Source: a virus
Length of the DNA stretch: 33,749 nucleotides
Strand: one strand, 5' to 3'
Virus record (IMG/VR): IMGVR_UViG_3300010389_000062
The position numbers and the translations under genes are program-made. The notes under the pieces were generated by a model. The model saw only the letters and a program-made list of their open reading frames with translations. It had not been told where the DNA came from and did not search any database. Every line of letters starts with the position of its first letter. The stretch's first letter is position 1. Positions 7,826-14,894 of this stretch are shown piece after piece.

Positions 7826-8949
7826 CGATCGAAACTACCACAATCACGGGCCTGCCTGACGCAACAACACCGCTCACCGGTAACGAGCGTGTGCCGATGG
7901 ATCAGTCTGGCACGACGGCTGACGCCACAACGCAGGACATCGCTGATCTGGCCGGCGCAGCGATCACTGCAGCGATCGCCACCCACGACGATGAGGCAGA
8001 CCCGCACAACGGCGCAAGCCCGACGTTTGCTGATCTGACCCTGACCGGCCTGCTGACGGCGCCACACATTCACGGCAGCCTGGCGGGTGACATCTACCTG
8101 CACGTCAAGAACACCAGCGGCGGCACCCTGGCGGCCAACACAGCGATCTATGCGACTGGATCCGTAGGCGACACTGATCGAATCGAGGTGGCGGCCTGTG
8201 ACCCGACCGACCCGGCAAAGATGCCGGCCATCGGCCTGCTCACCACCGCGTTGGGCAACAACGCCGAGGGCGATGCGATCATCCTCGGCGAGCTGAGACC
8301 GACGAACACCAACAGTTACACCCTGGGCGATGAGCTCTATGTCGGTGCGGGTGGGGCATTGGTGAGCACGATCCCCGTGTCCGGCACGGTGCAACGTGTC
8401 GGCAGCGTTGCCAGGGTCCAGTCCGAAACCGGCACGATCGTGGTGGGCATCGGCGCTGGAATGTCCCGGGTGGGCTTCACCGGTGCTTACGGCGATCTGA
8501 GCGGAGCCCCAACGTTGGGCGGCGCTGCGGCGCTGGACGTTGGCACGACTGCTGGCACGGTGGCCGCTGGCGATGATGCCCGGTTTGCAGTGGAGGACAT
8601 CTACGTCATCGCCTGCAGCGACGAAACGACAGACCTCGCAACCGGCACGGCAACAGTCACGTTCAGGATGCCAGCCGCTGGCACGCTGACCGCAGTGAAG
8701 GCGACAGTCACCACGGCGCCAGTGGGCAGCGATCTGATCGTCGACATCAACGAAGCCGGAACGTCAGTGTTGAGCACGAAGCTGAGCATTGATGACGGAG
8801 AGAAAACGAGCGAGACAGCGGCAACCCCTCCAGTGATCAGCGATTCAGCCCTGGCGGACGACGCAGAGATCACGATCGACATTGACCAGGTGGGCAGCGG
8901 CACTGCAGGCGCTGGCCTGAAGGTCACCCTTTACGTCTCCCGGAGCTGA
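7822..8949 (+). CDS. Fibre-like structural protein
   Basis: 375 aa. The N-terminus TTITGLPDATTPLTGNERVPMDQSGTT is typical of phage fibre/spike N-termini. The rest is a G/T/A-rich beta-type sequence. ATGA coupling. Confidence 0.55.
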   Translation: MTIETTTITGLPDATTPLTGNERVPMDQSGTTADATTQDIADLAGAAITAAIATHDDEADPHNGASPTFADLTLTGLLTAPHIHGSLAGDIYLHVKNTSGGTLAANTAIYATGSVGDTDRIEVAACDPTDPAKMPAIGLLTTALGNNAEGDAIILGELRPTNTNSYTLGDELYVGAGGALVSTIPVSGTVQRVGSVARVQSETGTIVVGIGAGMSRVGFTGAYGDLSGAPTLGGAAALDVGTTAGTVAAGDDARFAVEDIYVIACSDETTDLATGTATVTFRMPAAGTLTAVKATVTTAPVGSDLIVDINEAGTSVLSTKLSIDDGEKTSETAATPPVISDSALADDAEITIDIDQVGSGTAGAGLKVTLYVSRS

Positions 8950-8953
8950 AGCC

Positions 8954-9616
8954 ATGAACACTCTCGCGCTCTGGGACACGATCAATCAGGAGATCCTCAG
9001 CTACCCGAGGGCTGATGATGAGCCCGTGGTCAACCTGGACCCGCGCTACTTGGTGCTGCGGATTGTCAAGGAAGACCGGCCCGATGCCCCCGAAGGCTTC
9101 ACCGTGCGGCAGCGCTGGACCGTTGACCTCGATGCGCTGGAATGGCGCCACGGGTGGGAGTTGATCGAGCTGCCGGCACCGGCCCCTGCTGCTGACTGGC
9201 GCACGTTCAAGCTTCTGCTGCTGGCCCACCCTGAGATCAACATGCTGTTGGGTGGTGGCATCTCAGCAGCCCCCGCAGCGGCTCTTAGCCTGCCTGCGAC
9301 GCTGCTCAACGCTGCCGGCGGTGGCGCGGTTGACGACTTCCGCGCGGCATGGCTGCAGCTGCGCCGCATGGGACTGGTGAGCGCTGAGCTGCTGCAGGAG
9401 GTGCGTGCGCTGGCGATCAGCAGCAACCTGCCCGAGGCCTTTGTGGAGGCCCTGGGCGGTGGCGCAAGGCCGGCTGCGCAGTATCTGGGGCAGGAGTGGA
9501 TGGACGACGCAGGCGAGCTGTGGGTGGTGGTTCAGGCACGCGGCGAGGATGGCCAGTTCCTACCGGACGACCCGACGACGCCTGAGCGCGAATCGCTGAT
9601 CTGGGAGAAAGCATGA
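8954..9616 (+). CDS. Hypothetical protein (fibre cassette)
   Basis: 220-aa ORF in a GC3-rich frame, coupled by ATGA to the downstream LamG gene. Confidence 0.65.
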   Translation: MNTLALWDTINQEILSYPRADDEPVVNLDPRYLVLRIVKEDRPDAPEGFTVRQRWTVDLDALEWRHGWELIELPAPAPAADWRTFKLLLLAHPEINMLLGGGISAAPAAALSLPATLLNAAGGGAVDDFRAAWLQLRRMGLVSAELLQEVRALAISSNLPEAFVEALGGGARPAAQYLGQEWMDDAGELWVVVQARGEDGQFLPDDPTTPERESLIWEKA

Positions 9617-10335
9617 GCATTATCTACATCAACCCGTATCAGTTCGCGGCGGCGGCAGCGCCGACAGACCCCTACTTCGCGAATGTTTCACTGCTGCTGC
9701 ATGGCGATGGCGCCAATGGCAGCACGACGATCATTGACAGCAGTCCATCACCTAAGACTGTGACGGCTGTGGGCGATGCTCAGATCAGTACGGCAGAGAG
9801 CAAGTTCGGCGGAGCGAGTATTGCATTTGATGGAAATGGGGATTATTTACAATTGCCGCACAATGTAGATTTCAGCCTCGGATCCGAAGACTTCACGATT
9901 GAATTCTTTTTATTGACTAACCAAGCAACGGCAGGGACACCCGTGGCGCACAGAAACGGATCTGGAGCCGGCAATACAAATTGGTTGGTTCAGCTAGGTT
10001 CCGTGACGCAAGGAAAATTGAGCTTATACCTCAGCGACGGAAGTTCATACATAGTTTCGGGTTTGACTACTGTATCATCGATAAATAACGGCCAATGGCA
10101 TCATTACGCGGCAACAAGATCAGGGTCCAGTGTTAGGGTTTTTGTGGATGGCATCCTCGAAAGCACCGCTACAACTATAAACTCGGTATCAAGCACCGCT
10201 AGAGTCCTGCAGATTGGCAATGATGCGACTACAAATTATTTCAACGGCTACATCGACGACCTCCGCATCACCAAAGGCGTCGCCCGCTACACCAGTAACT
10301 TCACCCCACCCACTGCGCCGTTCCCTGACGCCTGA
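9613..10335 (+). CDS. Concanavalin-A-like lectin/LamG-domain protein
   Basis: The pattern LLLHGDG..ST.IIDSS..........KFGGASIAFDGNGDYLQL....DF.LGSEDFTIEFF......WHHYAATRSGSSVRVFVDGIL......IGN......FNGYIDDLRITKGVARY matches the Laminin_G_3 pattern. The gene body is markedly AT-richer than its flanks. Confidence 0.7.
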   Translation: MSIIYINPYQFAAAAAPTDPYFANVSLLLHGDGANGSTTIIDSSPSPKTVTAVGDAQISTAESKFGGASIAFDGNGDYLQLPHNVDFSLGSEDFTIEFFLLTNQATAGTPVAHRNGSGAGNTNWLVQLGSVTQGKLSLYLSDGSSYIVSGLTTVSSINNGQWHHYAATRSGSSVRVFVDGILESTATTINSVSSTARVLQIGNDATTNYFNGYIDDLRITKGVARYTSNFTPPTAPFPDA

Positions 10336-10757
10336 TGACCAGCATCCGTGAGCAGATCCTCGCAGCGCTAACCACCACCCTGGGCAGCACCAGTGGGGTC
10401 ACGGCGGTCTACCGCAGCAGGGCGGCGGCAATCGCTCGGGCTGAAGCCCCCGTGCTGATCGTGCAGCCCGGGCCAGGTCGGGCGCAGAGACACAGCACCT
10501 GCAAGCTGCATCACACCATGGACGTGGAGGTGATCGTTCACACTCGCGGAGAAATCCCCGACGTGCTGGTGGACCCGATCATCGTCTCAGCCCATGCTCT
10601 GATCATGGCCGACACCACCATCGGCGGCCTGGCCACTGACATCGTGCCGACAAACGACAATCCCCAGCTCGATCCTGCAGACCTCAGCAGCATGTGGTGG
10701 GTCCACACTTACGAGGTGCAGTTCCGAACGCGGGAGGGCGACCTGACGCAGGCTTGA
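10335..10757 (+). CDS. Putative tail completion/terminator-type protein
   Basis: 140 aa immediately upstream of the tube gene. The N-terminus (IREQILAALTTTLGSTSGVTAVYRSR...APVLIVQPG) resembles neck/tail-terminator families (DUF3168/gpU-like). The assignment rests on position and pattern only. Confidence 0.4.
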   Translation: MTSIREQILAALTTTLGSTSGVTAVYRSRAAAIARAEAPVLIVQPGPGRAQRHSTCKLHHTMDVEVIVHTRGEIPDVLVDPIIVSAHALIMADTTIGGLATDIVPTNDNPQLDPADLSSMWWVHTYEVQFRTREGDLTQA

Positions 10758-10782
10758 TATTGTTGGGCATCGCATCCTGCCC

Positions 10783-10983
10783 ATGGCCAAGAAGTCAACC
10801 CCAACGATTCCGCCACGGCCAACAGAGGGCGGATCGTATGAGCTGGTGAACAACGAATGGGTCTGTCTCAGGCGAACAGCGCAGCCTGGTGAGACGTTGC
10901 CGGAGCCAGAGCCCCTTGTCTGCCCTGCCCCCGTGGCCTGTCAGAATGAGCCGGAGCCTTCCCCTGTTCCCGACCCGGAGTAA
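10783..10983 (+). CDS. Hypothetical small Pro/Glu-rich protein
   Basis: 66-aa ORF filling the gap before the tube gene. Confidence 0.45.
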   Translation: MAKKSTPTIPPRPTEGGSYELVNNEWVCLRRTAQPGETLPEPEPLVCPAPVACQNEPEPSPVPDPE

Positions 10984-10986
10984 CCA

Positions 10987-11919
10987 ATGGCCCTGTGGAG
11001 AAACCGACTGGCCTTGGTGAAGGCCGAGTCAACCTACGGCACCAATCCCACACCAGCGGCGACTGATGCGCTGCTGTTCACCGAGCTCGATGTCACGCCC
11101 CTGGAGATGGAGCTGATCGAGCGCGAGACGATCCAGACCTACTTCGGCAACCGCCAGAACGTCATCGGCCAGCGTTCCGTCCCGATCAGCGCCACTGTTG
11201 AACTTGCTGGTTCCGGCACCGCTGGCACAGCCCCGCGTTACGGCCCGATGCTGACTGCTTCCGGCCTGGGTGAGACGATCGTGGCAGCGACCAGCGTCAC
11301 TTACGCCCCGGTGAGCTCTGCATTCGACAGCTATACGATGCAGTTCTTCATCGACAACGGCAGCGAGCAGGCCATCACCGGCATTCGCGGCTCGTTCGAC
11401 ATGAGCCTGTCGACCGGCGCAATCCCCACGATTGCGTTCAGCCATATGGGCATCTTCGGCGCCCCGACTGCGCTGTCGCTGCCAAGCCCGACCTACAGCA
11501 ACCAGGCCACACCGCTCTCAGTCAATGCTGACAACACCGCCACGGTGACGGTCCACGGCTTCAGCGCCTGCATGACGGAGTTCAGCCTGAGCCTCGGCAC
11601 CGAGATGACGTTCGAGCAAAAGGCTGGATGCACAAAGCAAGTCAGGCTGACCGATCGCCGCACCACCGGCAGCATCACCATCGAGCTGCCGGCGTTCGCC
11701 ACGAAGGACTTCATTGATGCCGTCAACACTCAGGCCGAGGCGACCATCACCTGGGTCCATGGCAGCAGTGCCGGCAACATCATCACCTTCACGGCTGATC
11801 AGACCGCTTTCGATTCGCCGACCTATGTCGAGAGCGACAGCGTGACGCACATCACCCTGCCGTTCCGCTGCCTGCCATCCTCGGCCGGTAACGACGACTT
11901 CACCCTGGCTTTCACCTGA
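10987..11919 (+). CDS. Major tail tube protein
   Basis: 310 aa located directly upstream of the chaperone pair and tape measure. The N-terminus VKAESTYGTNPTPAATDALLF and beta-rich composition are typical of siphovirus tube proteins. Confidence 0.6.
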   Translation: MALWRNRLALVKAESTYGTNPTPAATDALLFTELDVTPLEMELIERETIQTYFGNRQNVIGQRSVPISATVELAGSGTAGTAPRYGPMLTASGLGETIVAATSVTYAPVSSAFDSYTMQFFIDNGSEQAITGIRGSFDMSLSTGAIPTIAFSHMGIFGAPTALSLPSPTYSNQATPLSVNADNTATVTVHGFSACMTEFSLSLGTEMTFEQKAGCTKQVRLTDRRTTGSITIELPAFATKDFIDAVNTQAEATITWVHGSSAGNIITFTADQTAFDSPTYVESDSVTHITLPFRCLPSSAGNDDFTLAFT

Positions 11920-11951
11920 TCCAGGGTTAACACTCACCACCCCTACATCGC

Positions 11952-12329
11952 ATGAGTTTCGTACTCGAACAGTCGCCCACATTCAAGCACCCTGTCTCAA
12001 TCCGTGAGGTGCTCGATGGCGGCAAGATCCGCACGCATCAGTTCACCGCAATCTTCAACCGGCTGACGCAGACACGCATCGAAGAAGCAGGGATGCAGGT
12101 GTCAGCTTTGCAGGCTGCAATCCGTCGAGGTGAGGAGATCAAAGACATCCCCACACGGCAGATTGCCGATGAGATTTTGGCCGGATGGGAGGGCATCACC
12201 ACCGCAGACGGTGAGCCTGTGGAAATGACCCCGAGCACCAAATCGCAGCTGCTTGACCGTGCCGCTGTTGCCGATGCTTTGGTTGAGACTTTCTTTGACG
12301 CAGACAGGAAGGCACGAGCAAAAAACTGA
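11952..12329 (+). CDS. Tail assembly chaperone (gpG analogue)
   Basis: 125 aa between the tube and tape measure genes. It ends ...ARAKN* on the slippery heptamer A_AAA_AAC. Confidence 0.75.
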   Translation: MSFVLEQSPTFKHPVSIREVLDGGKIRTHQFTAIFNRLTQTRIEEAGMQVSALQAAIRRGEEIKDIPTRQIADEILAGWEGITTADGEPVEMTPSTKSQLLDRAAVADALVETFFDADRKARAKN

Positions 12330-12661
12330 CAGGCGCCGTTGACCACATGTTCAACGGCAAGGGCGACACCACACAACTGGAGGCCGATGCAGCGCGTTAT
12401 GGCGTGATCCTGGAGCCGCACCACCTACAGCCGCCTGAGTATCTGCTGTGGGCTGAGCTGTGGCCTGCGGTTGATCTGTTCATGCGATGCCATACGCAAT
12501 GGCGAGCAGGGCCAGGCGGGCTGATCGGGCTGGATTACCCGGCGGTGCTGCAGACGGCGGCAGTCTTCGGCATTGCTGTCGATGCTGCGATAATGGAGGA
12601 CATCCAGGTGATGGAGCTCCACGCCCGGACCCTGATCAACAGCAAGGCAGGAGGCTCCTAA
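11952..12661 (+). CDS. Tail assembly chaperone frameshift product (gpGT analogue), made by a -1 shift at 12320-12326
   Basis: ORF 12347..12661 is in the -1 frame relative to 11952..12329, and that frame is open from the heptamer onward (..AAA AAA CTG ACA GGC..). Its product carries a DUF1799-like motif (LWAELWPAVDLFMRCHTQW....GLIGLDYPAV). Confidence 0.6.
12320..12358 (+). promoter_or_regulatory. Programmed -1 ribosomal frameshift signal: slippery heptamer plus downstream hairpin
   Basis: A_AAA_AAC lies at 12320-12326 in the zero frame, with the zero-frame stop at 12327-12329. After an 8-nt spacer comes a perfect 8-bp stem, GCCGTTGA (12335-12342) / TCAACGGC (12351-12358), with an 8-nt loop. 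Confidence 0.65.
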
Positions 12662-12663
12662 CC

Positions 12664-14427
12664 ATGGCAGTGATGAGCGCTTTGCTGCAGATCAAGGCCA
12701 ACGTCACGGGCCAGCAGTCTGTCGACAGGCTGAGCCAGAGTCTCGGCAATGCCAGCACGCAATCAAAGGGACTGGGCGATGCTTTCGTCCGGCTTGGCAA
12801 TGCCAGCCGATCCCTCGGCGGCGTGATGGCGTCCATCGGTGCTGGTGCGCTGGCCACGAGCTTTGCCAGAGCTGGCGTCGACGCAAGCCGAACAGAGAAA
12901 CGACTGGCGAACCTCGCGGATCAGTTCAATGAGACTGGCGACCTGATGTCGTTCGCCGGTGAAGCTGCGCAACGGTACGGCATCGGGCAGACGCAAGCGG
13001 CTAACGCTGTGGCCGACCTTTACGCCCGGCTGAGGCCTACCGGATCATCGCTGAAGGAGATCGAGACCGCGTTCGTGGGCGTGAACAACGCAGCGGCGCA
13101 GATGGGGCTCACCGCTAATCAGACCGACAATGTGATGCTGCAGCTGAGCCAGGCGCTGGGTTCCGGCAAGCTCCAGGGCGATGAGTTCCGCAGCGTGATG
13201 GAGCAGCTGCCAACGATCGGCCAGGCTGTCGCCAAGGTGATGGGCACCACCGTCGCAGGGCTGAAGGAATTGTCGTCCGACGGCAAGATCACGTCTGAGG
13301 TGCTGCTGAAGGCGCTGGCGGAGCTATCCAAGAGTGAGCCACCACCACCGGACGCCTACAAGCGCTATCAGGCCGCTGTTGCTGATCTGAGCACGGCAGT
13401 CGGCACCCAGCTACTGCCTGCGCTGACGCCATTGGTCGACCTGGCCGGATCGCTCGTGGGGCTGTTCTCTGCGCTGCCTGGTCCAGTGCAGACGCTGACG
13501 GTGGCCGTAGGTGGCCTGGTTGCTGGTTTCGTGGTGATCGCCCCTGCGCTGACCTCCGTGGTTGCGCTGCTCAAGGGCCTGGCAGCATTGCAGATCGGCG
13601 CAACGATCGCCGGATGGCTTGGGGCTGTCGGCCCATTGCTGGCTGCGCTGAAGGGCTTCGGAGCACTGATTGTCGCCGTCTTCACCGGCCCGGTTGGCTG
13701 GGTGGCGCTGCTGGTAGGAGCCGGCGTGGCCATCTACGCATTCCGCGATCAGATTGGCGGAGCGCTCAAGGCGATCGGGCAGTTCTTCGTGGATGGCTTC
13801 AACGCGATCGGGGAAGTGCTCAAGGCCGCGGCCCAGGCCTATCTGGACTTCTATGTCACGCCTGTGCTCGGCTTCGCTCAGAAGGCCTGGGATGGCATCG
13901 TGGACATCTTCAACAGGCTGCCCGAGGCGGTCAAAGCGCCGTTCATCGCGGCTGGCCGGATGATCCAGAACGTGTGGAACGGCATCCTGACGTTCGTCAC
14001 CAACAGCCTGAACAGCTTCATCCAGAAGGTGAATGCGGCCATCAACCTGGCGCGGAACATCGGCGTGAACATCCCTAACATCCCCCTGGTCCCTGGCCCG
14101 CAGGAGGCCCCCAGCTTCGCCGGTGGTGGATACACAGGCAACGGCCCCCGTACAGGTGGCGTTGACGGTAAGGGCGGCTTCCCGGCGATCCTGCACCCTC
14201 GGGAGCGTGTCATCGACCTGGCAGCTGGTGGCGTAATGGCTGGAGGTGGCGGCAGCGTTGCGATGCAGCCGGCCCAGATCAACATCAACACCGGCCCTGT
14301 GATGCAGGCTGACGGCCAGAACTGGGTGTCCGTGCAAGACCTGCAGAGGGCGATGCGAGCCACTGAAGCGGCCACCATGGCCCGGCTGCGCACCTATGCC
14401 GGTCGCCGTGCCGTGGGGGTCGCCTGA
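12664..14427 (+). CDS. Tail tape measure protein
   Basis: ATG at 12664, preceded by AGGAGG (12649-12654). 587 aa. It carries the tape-measure N-domain pattern (QLSQALGSGKLQGDEFRSVMEQLPTIGQAV..TVAGLKELSSDGKITSEVLLKAL) and central hydrophobic Gly/Ala-rich helices. Confidence 0.9.
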   Translation: MAVMSALLQIKANVTGQQSVDRLSQSLGNASTQSKGLGDAFVRLGNASRSLGGVMASIGAGALATSFARAGVDASRTEKRLANLADQFNETGDLMSFAGEAAQRYGIGQTQAANAVADLYARLRPTGSSLKEIETAFVGVNNAAAQMGLTANQTDNVMLQLSQALGSGKLQGDEFRSVMEQLPTIGQAVAKVMGTTVAGLKELSSDGKITSEVLLKALAELSKSEPPPPDAYKRYQAAVADLSTAVGTQLLPALTPLVDLAGSLVGLFSALPGPVQTLTVAVGGLVAGFVVIAPALTSVVALLKGLAALQIGATIAGWLGAVGPLLAALKGFGALIVAVFTGPVGWVALLVGAGVAIYAFRDQIGGALKAIGQFFVDGFNAIGEVLKAAAQAYLDFYVTPVLGFAQKAWDGIVDIFNRLPEAVKAPFIAAGRMIQNVWNGILTFVTNSLNSFIQKVNAAINLARNIGVNIPNIPLVPGPQEAPSFAGGGYTGNGPRTGGVDGKGGFPAILHPRERVIDLAAGGVMAGGGGSVAMQPAQININTGPVMQADGQNWVSVQDLQRAMRATEAATMARLRTYAGRRAVGVA

Positions 14428-14894
14428 TGGCCAGAGCGCAGTCTCAGTTCCTGCGGATCTACGACGCTGGTGGCATCACCTATCAGCGCTGGCAGAACTT
14501 CTACAGCAACGCCATCGTGTCCTGGGATAGCGCCAGCTGGGTCTATGTGGGTTTCACTGCCTCCGGTGTGGCATCAGGCGTCACGGGCGATGAGGGCGGC
14601 ATCACGCTGACCCTGCCGGCCACCGGTGTGGTGGTTCAGGCCGTCGACCTGGCGATGGAGCAGGCGCGACTGTTCGAGGTGCGGACCTACGAGTTCGACC
14701 CCGTGGCCGATGGCGTCAGCTCACCACCGGCTGGCCAGACGCTGATCTCCACGTTCCTGGGTGAGATCACCAGCGCATCTGAGGCCGGCTTTGAGTTCAC
14801 GCTGCAGATGGGCAGCAGCCTGTCACCTGTCGGCGCTCAGTTCCCACCGCGCACGATGACGAACAATCTGATCGGGATGGGGATGCAATTCTGA
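14427..14894 (+). CDS. Putative distal/minor tail protein
   Basis: 155 aa, TGATG-coupled to the tape measure gene and to the large tail-tip gene. The assignment is by position. Confidence 0.5.
   Translation: MARAQSQFLRIYDAGGITYQRWQNFYSNAIVSWDSASWVYVGFTASGVASGVTGDEGGITLTLPATGVVVQAVDLAMEQARLFEVRTYEFDPVADGVSSPPAGQTLISTFLGEITSASEAGFEFTLQMGSSLSPVGAQFPPRTMTNNLIGMGMQF

Noticed and set aside
12487-12663. N-terminal extension of the tape-measure ORF (track start 12487)
   Set aside because: The extension overlaps the DUF1799-frame ORF and reads as Arg/Gly/Cys junk. The ATG at 12664 follows AGGAGG and the stop of the upstream gene.
13411-14393. 308-aa and 171-aa minus-strand ORFs, antisense to the tape measure gene
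   Set aside because: Same high-GC antisense artefact. The products are Arg/His/Asp- or Pro/Ala-rich with no recognisable motifs, and they overlap a confident tape measure gene.
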